A stretch of DNA of 64,000 bases, from positions 537 through 64,536 of the forward strand of contig CALFDJ010000035.1 of assembly GCA_937950325.1 (NCBI GenBank), in the 5' to 3' direction. Position numbers and translations under genes: made by a program. Of the stretch, positions 1 to 10,178 are shown piece after piece; within the stretch, counting starts at the first letter, position 1, and every line of letters starts with the position of its first letter. The stretch is from an uncultured Collinsella sp. (GTDB taxonomy: Bacteria > Actinomycetota > Coriobacteriia > Coriobacteriales > Coriobacteriaceae). The notes beneath the pieces are model-generated. The model was not told the origin of the DNA. It saw only the letters and a program-made list of their open reading frames with translations, and made no database searches.

Positions 1-47
1 GCCCTGCTGGACCTCTTCTTCTCGTAAGGGCAAGGCACGGGTAACGG

Positions 48-1013
48 ATGGAGCGTGGGATCTTGACACAAGAATATCGGCATGAACCTGTCATGCTCGG
101 CGAAGTGCTTGAGTCGCTGCGGCTAAAGAGCGGCTCCGTTGTCTGCGATTGCACCCTTGGCGGTGCCGGCCATTCGGTAAAGATGGCCGCGCAGGTGGGG
201 GAGACGGGCCTTTTGCTCGGCGTCGATCAGGACGACATGGCCCTCGAGGCCGCTGGCGCCCGTCTGGACCGCGAGGTTCCCGGCGTTCCGCACCAGCTGC
301 TGAAGGGCAACTTCGGCGACTTGGACGAGCTGCTTTGCTCGGCCGAGGTGCCCGGGGTCGATGGCTTCCTGTTCGATTTGGGCGTTTCGTCGCCGCAACT
401 CGATATCCCTGGCAGGGGCTTTTCGTATAACGAGGACGCCCCATTGGACATGCGGATGGATCCGGGTAATAACACCTTAAACGCAGCTGAGGTCATCAAC
501 ACCTATAACGAACACGACCTCGCCCGGATTCTACGCGTCTACGGCGAAGAGAAGTTCGCCTCGCAGATCGCGCGCGAGATCGTGCGCCGCCGCGAGCAAG
601 AACCGATCGAAACCACCGGCCAATTTGTCGAGATCATCAAGGCGGGTATCCCGGCTGCCGCTCGTCGGCATGGTGGACACCCGGCCAAGAAAAGTTTCCA
701 GGCCATTCGCATCGAGGTCAATCACGAGCTCGATGTGCTCGAACGAGGGCTTGATGCCGCCACCAGGTGGCTCAACCCGGGCGGACGTATCTGCGTCATC
801 TCGTATCACTCGCTCGAGGACCGTATCGTAAAGAACCACTTTAAGGAGATGAGCCAGGGGTGCACGTGTCCGCCGGAGATTCCGGTGTGCGTGTGCGGCA
901 ACGTGCCGATACTCAAGGTCATCACCCGCAAACCCTTGGTTGCCCAGCCTGATGAGGTTGAGCGCAACCCTCGGGCGAGATCAGCCAAAATCCGCGTGGC
1001 GCAGCGTCTGTAG
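48..1013 (+). CDS. rsmH: 16S rRNA (cytosine1402-N4)-methyltransferase RsmH/MraW
   Basis: 321-aa ORF; SAM-MTase motif DCTLGGAGHS and conserved C-terminal NPRARSAKIRVA; first gene of the dcw cluster. Confidence 0.95.
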   Translation: MERGILTQEYRHEPVMLGEVLESLRLKSGSVVCDCTLGGAGHSVKMAAQVGETGLLLGVDQDDMALEAAGARLDREVPGVPHQLLKGNFGDLDELLCSAEVPGVDGFLFDLGVSSPQLDIPGRGFSYNEDAPLDMRMDPGNNTLNAAEVINTYNEHDLARILRVYGEEKFASQIAREIVRRREQEPIETTGQFVEIIKAGIPAAARRHGGHPAKKSFQAIRIEVNHELDVLERGLDAATRWLNPGGRICVISYHSLEDRIVKNHFKEMSQGCTCPPEIPVCVCGNVPILKVITRKPLVAQPDEVERNPRARSAKIRVAQRL

Positions 1014-1103
1014 ACGCGACCGCGCGATATTGGACCTCCCGCTCGCACCATAAACGAAGCTTAAACACACTACCAACGTACTCGGGATGGGAGGCGGCAT
1101 ATC

Positions 1104-1571
1104 ATGGGCTACAACACTTCAAGCGCAGCACTCGCCTATGATATGAACGCCATGCCCGCCTATCGTGAGACGCCGCAGGCGCCCGTTGCTCCCCGTGAGC
1201 AGCGCGCGCCGCGCTTTGATGTCTACACGGGCGCGGGCCGTCAGGCAAACCAGGTGGTAAGCCCGGTTTTCATGAGCGTTCTTAAAACGTTTTGCATCAT
1301 TGCGGCTATCTTCATGACGATCGGCGTCGCCCGCGTGGCGCTCGCCGGCGTTACGGCCCAGGTGCTCAACAGCAACGCCGAGCTTACCAGCACGCTCGAA
1401 AAGGCGACCGATGAGAGCTCCGACCTGGAGGTCATGCATTCGGTCTATGGCGCCGACACGCGCATTCGCGACCTTGCGGGCGCTTATGGCATGGTGGAGC
1501 CCAGCGAGAGCGTTACACTTGACTTTTCGCAGGATGCAGCCGCGGGCGCCAACGCGACCGCGACCGCTTAG
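1104..1571 (+). CDS. FtsL-like small bitopic cell-division protein
   Basis: 155-aa ORF with a GGGAGG SD just upstream; single TM helix (FCIIAAIFMTIGVARVALAGV) followed by an ectodomain; canonical position between rsmH and ftsI. No sequence motif recognised, so the call rests on position and topology. Confidence 0.6.
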   Translation: MGYNTSSAALAYDMNAMPAYRETPQAPVAPREQRAPRFDVYTGAGRQANQVVSPVFMSVLKTFCIIAAIFMTIGVARVALAGVTAQVLNSNAELTSTLEKATDESSDLEVMHSVYGADTRIRDLAGAYGMVEPSESVTLDFSQDAAAGANATATA

Positions 1572-1591
1572 TAGCAAGACGGTAGCTGAGT

Positions 1592-3457
1592 ATGACAAAT
1601 GACTATCGCCGCGGTTCCGATGGGGGCCGCGGTTCTGGACGTCCCTCGTCGCGGGGACGTTCTGGTTATCAAGGAACGGGTCGGCAATCTTACAACGCCG
1701 GGCAGTCCCGTGGCAACGACCCGGCGTCGCGACTTCGCGGCTCGGACGGCCCTCAAATGCATAACACCAGGTCGCGCAAGAGTTCGTCGACCGAATGGCT
1801 CACAGGCGCACCTCTGCCTCGCCGCAAAGCCGTCATGGGCTTCATCGGGCTTGGCTTGGGCTTGGGCGTCTTTCGCCTTGCCGACTATCAAATTGTCGAA
1901 GCCGATAAACTGCGCGAGCGTGCCGATGCGCGCCGCCTGCTTGCGCAGACCCTCTATGCCAAACGCGGCACCGTCTACGACCGCAATGGTAACGTGCTGG
2001 CGTCGTCGGTCGAATGTCGCAACATCGCCGTGAACCCGCAGCTTGTCGAGGATGTCGACAAGACGGTGTCGGCGCTGGTCAAGGCAACTGGAATCGATAA
2101 AAAGACCTGCCGCAAGCTCGTTGAGTCCGATGGCACCTGGGTGTATATCAAGCGCCAGGTGGACGAAGACGATGCTGTGGCGCTGGAGAAGAAGAACCTG
2201 CCCGGCGTGCTTTTTGAGCAGGCCATGAAGCGCGTATATCCATACGGCAATCTGGCATCGCAGGTGCTAGGTGTAGTGAATGTAGACAACGACGGCTTGA
2301 CGGGTCTCGAAAAGCAATACAACAAGCTTCTGACCGGCACGAACGGTTCTCTCGTACGCGAGCGCGCGAGGGACGGCAGCTATATCGCGGGCGGTGCCTA
2401 TAAAAAGGTGGCTGCGGTCGACGGCGTTGATATCGTGACGACGCTCGACGTCAATATCCAGCGTGCGGCCGAGGATGCCCTGGCAGAGGCAGTTGAGAAG
2501 ACTAAGGCCAAGAACGGCTCGGCGCTGGTCACCGATCCTACGACAGGCGAGATTTTGGCAGCCTGCTCGTACCCGACCTACGACCAGACCGATCTGGAGA
2601 ATGCCAAGACCGAGGATATGAATCTGCGCCTGGTCACCGACGCCTACGAGCCCGGCTCGGTCTTTAAGACGCTCGTGGCGGGCGCCGGCTTCGACTTGGG
2701 CGTCGTGCGATCGAGTACGTCGTTTGAGGTGCCGGCGAGCATCAAGGTGGGCGACGATACCGTCACCGATGCCGACAAGCGCGACTATGCCATGACCATG
2801 GATGTGCGCGAGATGATGCGCCGTTCGTCCAACGTGGGCTTTGTTCTGGTGGGGCGCAAGATCGGTGCCGACGACTTTGCCGCCTATGTGGACAAGTGGG
2901 GCATCGGTCACAGCTCGGGTGTCGATTTTCCGGGCGAGAGCCTGGGCATCGTCAAGGAGCGTGACCAGTATGACGGCGCCACGCTGGGCTCGATGAGCTT
3001 TGGACAGGCACTGTCCGTCTCGCCGATTGAGATCGCACGTGCCGTGGGCGGCATCGCCAACGGCGGCGTGATGATGACACCGCACTTCTATAAGTCCAGC
3101 AAAGGCGACGAGAAGGACTGGGGCGAAGGCGAGCGCGCGATTTCGGAGGACGCCGCATCCCAGGTGACATCGTGCATGCAGACGGTCGTGTCCGAGGGAA
3201 CGGGCGTTGGCGGCGCGGTTGACGGCTATGACGTGGCGGGTAAGACCGGTACGGCCGAACGTGCCGACGAGAACGGCGGCTACCTCAAGGAGAACTACAT
3301 GTCGTCCTTTATGGGCTTTGCACCGGCACAATCGCCCAAGGTGCTGTGCTATATCACGCTCGACGGAACGCCGAGCGGCTCAGATGCCGCTGCGGTGCCG
3401 TTCCAGTCCATTATGGCCAACGCGCTCGACGTGCTGGGTATCCCGCACACGAAGTAG
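1592..3457 (+). CDS. ftsI: Class B penicillin-binding protein / peptidoglycan D,D-transpeptidase FtsI
   Basis: 621 aa; SxxK (PGSVFKT), SxN (RRSSNVG) and KTG (AGKTGTAE) motifs; TM after an Arg/Gly/Ser-rich N-terminal tail; dcw position. Confidence 0.9.
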   Translation: MTNDYRRGSDGGRGSGRPSSRGRSGYQGTGRQSYNAGQSRGNDPASRLRGSDGPQMHNTRSRKSSSTEWLTGAPLPRRKAVMGFIGLGLGLGVFRLADYQIVEADKLRERADARRLLAQTLYAKRGTVYDRNGNVLASSVECRNIAVNPQLVEDVDKTVSALVKATGIDKKTCRKLVESDGTWVYIKRQVDEDDAVALEKKNLPGVLFEQAMKRVYPYGNLASQVLGVVNVDNDGLTGLEKQYNKLLTGTNGSLVRERARDGSYIAGGAYKKVAAVDGVDIVTTLDVNIQRAAEDALAEAVEKTKAKNGSALVTDPTTGEILAACSYPTYDQTDLENAKTEDMNLRLVTDAYEPGSVFKTLVAGAGFDLGVVRSSTSFEVPASIKVGDDTVTDADKRDYAMTMDVREMMRRSSNVGFVLVGRKIGADDFAAYVDKWGIGHSSGVDFPGESLGIVKERDQYDGATLGSMSFGQALSVSPIEIARAVGGIANGGVMMTPHFYKSSKGDEKDWGEGERAISEDAASQVTSCMQTVVSEGTGVGGAVDGYDVAGKTGTAERADENGGYLKENYMSSFMGFAPAQSPKVLCYITLDGTPSGSDAAAVPFQSIMANALDVLGIPHTK

Positions 3458-3583
3458 GGGGTTACAATCTTTGGGGCGTGGTTTGTTGTCCCATATGAGG
3501 GTGTTCACATGCCCTGCACCACGCATGTGCGGCGCTGGGATACAATACGCCGATAGCATTATTAGGTTTACAGGGGAGCTGCA

Positions 3584-5008
3584 ATGATAGAGATCGCCGT
3601 CAACAACCTCGCGGCCGCAACAGGGGCCCGAACCGTGACGGGAGAAGCCGATCGGGTATGCCGCGGGTGCGTTATCGACTCGCGCCAGGTCGAGGAAGGG
3701 ACGATTTTCGTCGCCTTTCCCGGTGAAAACGTCGACGGCAATGATTTTGCTTCCCGTGCCGTCCAGTCGGGTGCCGGCGCCGTCGTGATGACGCGTGAGC
3801 CCGAGGCCGAGCTGGTCTCGCTGGCGCAGGACAAAGGATGCGCCATCCTGCTGACCGATGATCCCGAGGAGTTTCTGCTGCGTTTGGCGCACGCGTATCG
3901 CCTGGAGCTTGGCTGCCTGGTCGTTGGCATTACCGGTTCCATCGGCAAGACGACGACCAAGGACGTGCTCGCCGCTGTGCTCGCCAAGCGCTATCGTGTC
4001 TGGGCCACCAAGGGCAATTTCAATAACCTGATCGGCATGCCGCTCACGGTGCTTTCCGCTCCGGCCGATACCGAGGTCCTGGTGCTCGAGATGGGCATGA
4101 ACCATTTCCACGAGATCGAGCGCCTTTCCCAGTCCGCCAATCCCAACTTTGCCATCGTGAGCAAGATCGGCACCTCTCATATCGGTATTTTGGGCAGCCG
4201 CGAGAACATCGCCCGCGCCAAGTCCGAGATTGTCCAGGGTATGTGCGCCGCCGGTGACTATTTGCCGCTGCTGGTTTTGGGTGGCGAGGACGACTTTACG
4301 CCGTTCATTCGCGATACGTTCGCCCAGCCTGCTGGTATCGATGTGATGCTGGCCGGCGTCTCGGACGACGATGAGGTCCGTGCCCGCGACATTCGTGTTG
4401 ATGACGAAGGACGTCCGGTCTTTACGCTCGATTTTGGCCAGGGTGAGACGATCGATACCATGCTTGCCATCCCCGGCGTGCAGTCCGTTCCTAATGCCGT
4501 TAAGGCCGCCGCGGTTTCCTATCGCCTGGGCGTGATGCCCGAGCAGATCGATGCTGCTTTTAGGGGCCTCACGATCACCGGTCACCGCCAGGAGATCAAG
4601 CGCGCCAAGAGCGGTGCCCGCGTCATCGACGATTCCTATAACGCCAGTGCCGAATCCATGGCTGCTGGCCTCGATCTACTGTGCTCGCTTTCGTGCACGG
4701 GGTCTCGCATGGCGATCCTGGGCGAGATGGGCGAGATGGGCGATGAGGCTCCTCGCATGCATGAGCTCGTGGGCGCCTATGCCGCCGCCAAGAAGCTCGA
4801 CATGCTGGCGTGCGTGGGTGGTGAGCTGGCCCAGCTTATGGCCGATGCCGCGCGCATGATGGGCATGGACGAGGACCGCATCCAGGTGTTCTCCGATTAT
4901 CAGCAGGTGCTCGACCGCATGGGCGGCGCGCTTGAAAAACATGATGTTGTACTGGTCAAGGGTTCCCGCTTTGTTGAGCTCGACCGCTTTGTGGAAGGTG
5001 TGTGCTAG
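3584..5008 (+). CDS. murF: UDP-N-acetylmuramoyl-tripeptide--D-alanyl-D-alanine ligase
   Basis: 474 aa; P-loop GITGSIGKTTTK plus the MurF-specific GNFNNLIGMPLT motif. Confidence 0.9.
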   Translation: MIEIAVNNLAAATGARTVTGEADRVCRGCVIDSRQVEEGTIFVAFPGENVDGNDFASRAVQSGAGAVVMTREPEAELVSLAQDKGCAILLTDDPEEFLLRLAHAYRLELGCLVVGITGSIGKTTTKDVLAAVLAKRYRVWATKGNFNNLIGMPLTVLSAPADTEVLVLEMGMNHFHEIERLSQSANPNFAIVSKIGTSHIGILGSRENIARAKSEIVQGMCAAGDYLPLLVLGGEDDFTPFIRDTFAQPAGIDVMLAGVSDDDEVRARDIRVDDEGRPVFTLDFGQGETIDTMLAIPGVQSVPNAVKAAAVSYRLGVMPEQIDAAFRGLTITGHRQEIKRAKSGARVIDDSYNASAESMAAGLDLLCSLSCTGSRMAILGEMGEMGDEAPRMHELVGAYAAAKKLDMLACVGGELAQLMADAARMMGMDEDRIQVFSDYQQVLDRMGGALEKHDVVLVKGSRFVELDRFVEGVC

Positions 5009-5011
5009 CCC

Positions 5012-6031
5012 ATGTTCGGCAATCCCTCGTATCCAACGTATCAGGCTTTTTTGGGGCTTGGCATCGCCGCTGCCATTGCGCTGCTGCTCATGCCGTGGTG
5101 GATCAAGCTGCTCAAGGTCGAGGGTATCGGCCAGCAGGTTCGTGCCGACGGCCCCAAGCGTCATTTGGTTAAGCAGGGAACGCCCACCATGGGTGGCGTT
5201 GTCATCCTCGTCGCGATCTCGCTGACCTGCCTGCTGATGGGCAAGCTCACCACCGAGCTCGTGCTCGTGCTGCTTGCCACGCTGGCGACCGGCGTGCTGG
5301 GCCTGATCGACGACCTGACCTCCGTTACGCATGGGCGCTCTCTCGGTCTGACGCCCCATGCCAAGATGATCGGCCTAACCATTATCTGTGTCACCTTTAC
5401 GGTGCTTGCCGTCAACTGGTGCGGCGTCGCCCCCGAGATTCGTTTTCCCGGCGGCCTGACGATTGACCTCGGTGTTCTTTCGACCACCATCTGCGGCCTT
5501 TCGTTCCCGTGGCTCTACATTGTCTTTTGCTGGCTGATGATCGCCGGTCTTTCTAATGCCGTGAACCTGACCGATGGCCTTGACGGTCTTGCCGGCGGCA
5601 CCTCCATGATTGCCATGCTCGCCATGGCTGCCATGGCGTTTTTGCACGGAGACGTGAACCTGTCCATCTTCTGCACCGCGTGTGCCGGTGCCTGCTTGGG
5701 CTTTCTGTGGTTCAACTGCTATCCGGCGAGCATCTTTATGGGCGATACCGGCTCGCTTGCCCTGGGCGCCGCGTTTGCCTGCACGTCCATCATGACCAAC
5801 ACCGAGGTCGTCTCCCTCATCATCGGCGGCCTGTTTATCGTTGAGACCCTGTCGGTCATGATTCAGGTTGTCTACTTCCACTTTACGCACAAGCGCGTCT
5901 TCCTTATGGCGCCCATCCATCATCATTTCGAAAAGAAGGGCTGGGCCGAGACCAAGGTCGTCATCCGTTTTTGGATTATCGCTGCGGCCTTTGGTGCCGT
6001 TGGCCTTGCCCTGTTCTTCCAGTTGGGATAG
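5012..6031 (+). CDS. mraY: Phospho-N-acetylmuramoyl-pentapeptide transferase
   Basis: 339 aa, polytopic; NAVNLTDGLDGLA and MGDTGSLALG motifs. Confidence 0.95.
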   Translation: MFGNPSYPTYQAFLGLGIAAAIALLLMPWWIKLLKVEGIGQQVRADGPKRHLVKQGTPTMGGVVILVAISLTCLLMGKLTTELVLVLLATLATGVLGLIDDLTSVTHGRSLGLTPHAKMIGLTIICVTFTVLAVNWCGVAPEIRFPGGLTIDLGVLSTTICGLSFPWLYIVFCWLMIAGLSNAVNLTDGLDGLAGGTSMIAMLAMAAMAFLHGDVNLSIFCTACAGACLGFLWFNCYPASIFMGDTGSLALGAAFACTSIMTNTEVVSLIIGGLFIVETLSVMIQVVYFHFTHKRVFLMAPIHHHFEKKGWAETKVVIRFWIIAAAFGAVGLALFFQLG

Positions 6032-6040
6032 TGGTCTTTC

Positions 6041-7447
6041 ATGCCTCTTGCTGATGTCTTTAGCCTGCTCGTTTTGGGTCAGGGCAAATCCGGTCTCGAT
6101 GTCGCCCGCTGGGCGCTGGCACATCCCGAGCGCGTAAGCGCCGTTACCGTGTATGGCGGCGGCACCTCTGAGCCCAATGACGCCACGCGTGCGCTCGAGG
6201 CTGCTGGTGTGTCGTTTGTCTATGGGACCGAACAGGTCGAGGGCGCCTATGACGTATGCGTGACGTGCCCGGGCATCTCGGAGTTCTCGGGCTTCTTTAA
6301 GGCCGGGCGCGAGCATGCCGCCCAGATTATGGGTGAGCCCGAGTTTGCCTATCGCCTGTCGCCCGATAACTGGATTGCCATCACGGGCACCAACGGCAAG
6401 ACGACCACCACGTCGCTGACTGATTATCTGCTCAAGGCTGCCGGCGAGGCCAGCGTTGCTGTCGGCAACATCGGCGAGCCGCCGGTCAACGAGATTGACG
6501 GCCGAGCCCACAACGAGTGGTTTGTGGCTGAGCTCTCGAGCTATCAGATTGCTACGACCACCGAGCTCCACCCCCGCGTGGCGGTTCTGCTCAACATCAC
6601 TCCCGACCACTTGGGCTGGCATAAGAGCCATAAGAACTATGCGCTTGCCAAGGTCAAACTGTTTGACAATATGGTCGATGACGATCTGGTGGTTGTCGAC
6701 GTCGAAGACGCCGGCATTCACGAGTTCGATGAGTACATCTACACGCCGGGTCGTCGCATCTGCAAGGTTGCCTTTGACGAGCCTGAGGGCGAGGATGCCG
6801 CCTTTGTGCGCGACGGCAAGATGATCGTGCGTCTGAAGGGTGTCGAGACCCCGCTCATCGCTACATCCGCGCTCAAGATCTCGGGCCATCACAATGTTAT
6901 CAATGCCCTGTGCGCTGCCACGGCTGCCTTGGCGGTCGGTGCCGATGTCGATGGTGTCTGCCGCGGTCTTGCCTCGTTCCAGCCGCTCGAGCACCGCGTG
7001 GAGCCGTGTGGCGAGATTGACGGCGTGCGCTACGTCAACGATTCCAAGGCGACCAACACCGATGCGGTCGAGAAGGCACTGACGGCATTTCCCGATGACG
7101 ACGTGATCTTGCTGCTCGGCGGCCACGATAAGGGCACGCCGCTCACGGATTTCGCGCGCGTCGTTATGGACAACGTGCGCTCGGTTGTCTGCTTTGGCGA
7201 TGCGCGCGAGCGCTTCACCGCCGCTATGGACGAGGCTGATGTCGATGGCGATGTGGATATCGCCCAGGCGGATGACCTGCGCGACGCTGTGGACGTCGCC
7301 CGTTCGCTGTCGAGCCGTGGCGACGTGATCTTACTTTCTCCTGCCTGCTCTTCGTTCGATGAGTTCTCGGGCTATGAGGAGCGCGGCCGCGTGTTTAAGG
7401 ACTATGTGGCCCAGCTTGCCGCTGCGGCGAAATCGCAAATGGAATAG
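6041..7447 (+). CDS. murD: UDP-N-acetylmuramoylalanine--D-glutamate ligase
   Basis: 468 aa; Mur ligase P-loop ITGTNGKTTTT, DSKATN motif, dcw position after mraY. Confidence 0.9.
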   Translation: MPLADVFSLLVLGQGKSGLDVARWALAHPERVSAVTVYGGGTSEPNDATRALEAAGVSFVYGTEQVEGAYDVCVTCPGISEFSGFFKAGREHAAQIMGEPEFAYRLSPDNWIAITGTNGKTTTTSLTDYLLKAAGEASVAVGNIGEPPVNEIDGRAHNEWFVAELSSYQIATTTELHPRVAVLLNITPDHLGWHKSHKNYALAKVKLFDNMVDDDLVVVDVEDAGIHEFDEYIYTPGRRICKVAFDEPEGEDAAFVRDGKMIVRLKGVETPLIATSALKISGHHNVINALCAATAALAVGADVDGVCRGLASFQPLEHRVEPCGEIDGVRYVNDSKATNTDAVEKALTAFPDDDVILLLGGHDKGTPLTDFARVVMDNVRSVVCFGDARERFTAAMDEADVDGDVDIAQADDLRDAVDVARSLSSRGDVILLSPACSSFDEFSGYEERGRVFKDYVAQLAAAAKSQME

Positions 7448-7455
7448 GGGTTGCG

Positions 7456-8976
7456 GTGAGAGAGGAGAGCCCCCGACAAGGTATGAGGAGGCCCGACTCG
7501 GACCGTGCTTCCTCGCGGCGCAGCACACCGCGTTCCGGTCGCGGCGGGCAGACGTTTAGCGAACGCTATATTGCCGGCGTTCCCGCCCGTATCATGCGCC
7601 CCCGTTTGATATTCATGGCCTGCCTGTTTACCTTGGTGTGCTTTGGCCTGCTGATGGTGTACTCGGCGTCTTCGGTCGAGGCGCTGCACGAGAATGGCTC
7701 GGCGACGTTTTTTCTGTTTCGACAAGCCGCGTTTGCCGGAGTTGGCGTGCTGGCTATGGTTGCCATCGTGCGCATCTTGCCGGACAGTTGGTTTGGGGAA
7801 GACGTGCTCAGGATCTTCCTCATAGGCATGATAGGGCTACTGTTTCTGGTGTTCTTGGTGGGCAGCGGCAGCCGTGGCGCCACGCGCTGGCTCAACATCG
7901 CCGGCATTCAGTTCCAGCCTTCCGAGTTTTTAAAGCCATTTGCCATTGCGTATTCGGCCATCATGCTCGATCGCTTCTTTTCGCCCGGTGGCAACATCAA
8001 CGAATTCCTTCGCAAGATGGGCATCTACCTGGGCATTTCGCTCTTTCTGATCTTTATCCAGCCCGATTTCGGTACTGTCCTGATCATCCTGTTGACCCTC
8101 ATGTGCATGGCGTTGTTTGCGGGTCTCGACCCCAGATTTATCATCGGCGTGCTAATCTTCGGCATTCTCGTGATCGTGATTGCGCTTGTCGCAGAGCCGT
8201 ACCGTATGGTGCGTATTCAGGTTGCCTTGAACCCTTGGGCCGACGAGTATGGTGACGGCTATCAGGCCACGCTTGCCATCATGGCCTTTGCCTCGGGCGG
8301 TCTGTTCGGCCGTGGCATCGGCAACTCAACCATGAAGTACTCGTATCTGCCCGAGGCGCACAATGACTACATCCTGGCTATCATTGGCGAGGAAGTCGGC
8401 TTTGTCGGAACCGTGCTGTTCTTCTTGGTGTTTGCGATGCTGATCTACTCGGCGTTTCGCATTGCCGAGCAGGCGACCGATCGTCGGGGCGCGCTCATGG
8501 CGTCTGGCTCCGCGGTCATTCTCGCAGTGCAGTTTTTGATTAACGCGCTGGGCATCCTCAACGTGTTTCCCATGACGGGCAAACCGTTGCCGTTTATTAG
8601 CTACGGCGGTTCGTCGATTATTGTGTCGCTTATGCTTGCCGGGTTGATCCTGCGCGTTTCGTACGAGAGTGCCCGCCGCGATGAGTATGACCGCCGCCGT
8701 GAGAGCTTTGCCGTTATGGACGAGAGCACCGCCGGCGTAGCCCATGTGCGCGGTGAACGACCTTCGCGTAGCGGCTTTACCGTTCTGGATGGTTCTGCAT
8801 CCGAGCCGGCAGCTCGTCCACGCCCGCGAATGGCTCCGCAAGGTCGTCCGCAGCGCCCCAGCCCTCGCAACGCGGGCGGCGGATATAATCGAATCGATTT
8901 GAACTCGGACCCGTCGGCGCGTCTGCGTACCGACGACCAGGGACCGCGTGTACGAAGGGACTACCATGACCGATAA
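7456..8976 (+). CDS. ftsW: SEDS-family peptidoglycan glycosyltransferase FtsW
   Basis: 506-aa ORF, polytopic; SEDS motifs (QPSEFLKP, PFISYGGSS). The start is uncertain (GTG 7456 or ATG 7483). Arg-rich N-terminal tail and an about 100-aa Arg/Pro-rich C-terminal tail. Confidence 0.88.
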   Translation: MREESPRQGMRRPDSDRASSRRSTPRSGRGGQTFSERYIAGVPARIMRPRLIFMACLFTLVCFGLLMVYSASSVEALHENGSATFFLFRQAAFAGVGVLAMVAIVRILPDSWFGEDVLRIFLIGMIGLLFLVFLVGSGSRGATRWLNIAGIQFQPSEFLKPFAIAYSAIMLDRFFSPGGNINEFLRKMGIYLGISLFLIFIQPDFGTVLIILLTLMCMALFAGLDPRFIIGVLIFGILVIVIALVAEPYRMVRIQVALNPWADEYGDGYQATLAIMAFASGGLFGRGIGNSTMKYSYLPEAHNDYILAIIGEEVGFVGTVLFFLVFAMLIYSAFRIAEQATDRRGALMASGSAVILAVQFLINALGILNVFPMTGKPLPFISYGGSSIIVSLMLAGLILRVSYESARRDEYDRRRESFAVMDESTAGVAHVRGERPSRSGFTVLDGSASEPAARPRPRMAPQGRPQRPSPRNAGGGYNRIDLNSDPSARLRTDDQGPRVRRDYHDR

Positions 8977-10081
8977 AATGACCGTTGCTATTGCAGCCGG
9001 CGGCACGGCAGGACACATCAACCCCGCGCTCGCCTTGGCCGAAGAACTGCGTGACCGTGGCCACCACGTTGTGTTCGTGGGCCAGTCGCGCAAGCTCGAG
9101 GGTCGTCTGGTCCCCGAGGCTGGGTTTGATTTTGTGCCCATTACGGTCACGGGCTTCGACCGCTCCCGTCCTTGGACGGCGCTGACCTCGCTGTGGCGTG
9201 TCAACAAGGCCAAACGTGCGCTCGCCAGTCATTTCTCAAAGGTCGGCAAGCCCGATGCTGCCGTCGGTTTTGGTGCCTATGTCGAGGTTCCGCTGCTGGG
9301 GTGGTGCAAGGGCGCAGGCGTTCCGTATCTGCTGCATGAGCAGAACTCTGTTCCGGGCCTGGCCAACAAGATGATGAACTCCCACGCCGCCCGCGTGTGC
9401 ATCTCGGTGCCGGCAGCGCGTTCGGTCTTTGAGCGCGAAGGTGACCCTGACCACGTGCTCATGACCGGCAACCCCGTACGTCGCTCGGTAATCGAAGGCG
9501 ATCGCGCTCGCGGCCGCAAGGCACTTGGCGTTCCCGAGGACGCTACGCTGCTGCTCGTCTTTGGCGGTTCACTTGGCGCCCAGCACCTCAACGAGCGCGT
9601 GGTTTCGCTCAAAAACGAGCTGCTTTCGCGCAAGAACCTCTATGTGTTGCATTCGACGGGTGCCGACGGCTTTGAGGAGACCGAGCGCGCTTTGGCGCTG
9701 ACGCCCGAGGAAGCGAAGCGTTACCGCGTCCAGCCTTACATCGACAACATGGGCGATATGTTGGCTGCTGCCGATTTGGTGCTCTCGCGTTCGGGCGCAT
9801 CGAGCGTGGCCGAGATCGCTGCGCTCGCCGTGCCCTCGGTGCTCGTGCCGTATCCGCATGCGACGGCCGACCACCAAACCACCAATGCCCGGTATCTGGT
9901 CGACGCCGGGGCCGGCGTGCTCTGCGCCGATGCCGATATCGACGGTTCTGCCTTTGCCGATGAACTGCTGCACCTGGTCGATGACGCGGCGGCGCGCGAC
10001 GCCATGCGTCAGGCGGCGCGTGGTCTGGCTCAGGATAGGGCCGCCGCTCTTCTGGCGGATGCGGTAGAGGGTTTGCGTTAG
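8966..10081 (+). CDS. murG: UDP-GlcNAc:lipid I N-acetylglucosaminyltransferase
   Basis: N-terminal AAGGTAGHINPALA motif; GAAGGGA SD 6 nt before ATG 8966; overlaps the ftsW stop by 11 nt. Confidence 0.92.
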   Translation: MTDKMTVAIAAGGTAGHINPALALAEELRDRGHHVVFVGQSRKLEGRLVPEAGFDFVPITVTGFDRSRPWTALTSLWRVNKAKRALASHFSKVGKPDAAVGFGAYVEVPLLGWCKGAGVPYLLHEQNSVPGLANKMMNSHAARVCISVPAARSVFEREGDPDHVLMTGNPVRRSVIEGDRARGRKALGVPEDATLLLVFGGSLGAQHLNERVVSLKNELLSRKNLYVLHSTGADGFEETERALALTPEEAKRYRVQPYIDNMGDMLAAADLVLSRSGASSVAEIAALAVPSVLVPYPHATADHQTTNARYLVDAGAGVLCADADIDGSAFADELLHLVDDAAARDAMRQAARGLAQDRAAALLADAVEGLR

Positions 10082-10178
10082 TTAGACGGGATATCGTCGG
10101 TCGCCCTCGCGCTGATGCGGTAGGTGCGGTACAGTTAACGGGTTACAGGCAGTGTTTACGCAAGGAGTACACGAGCAC

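Noticed and set aside
1-27. Frame-1 open reading end (…ALLDLFFS-stop) that could be the 3' end of mraZ by synteny.
   Set aside because: Eight codons are too few to support any call.
5375-7126. 583-aa minus-strand ORF. The same class of long ORFs includes 2267..3331(-), 3380..4585(-), 10320..11435(-), 13705..15165(-), 33370..34800(+), 39652..40956(-), 46897..48363(-), 50406..51425(-), 51590..52993(-) and 62481..63914(-).
   Set aside because: All lie antisense to genes with unmistakable conserved motifs (mraY/murD, ftsI, murF, murC, ftsZ, aminopeptidase, argG, rpsA, metY, MFS, dehydratase). Their translations are Arg/Gly/His/Asp/Leu-rich low-information sequences, typical of stop-poor antisense frames in GC-rich DNA.
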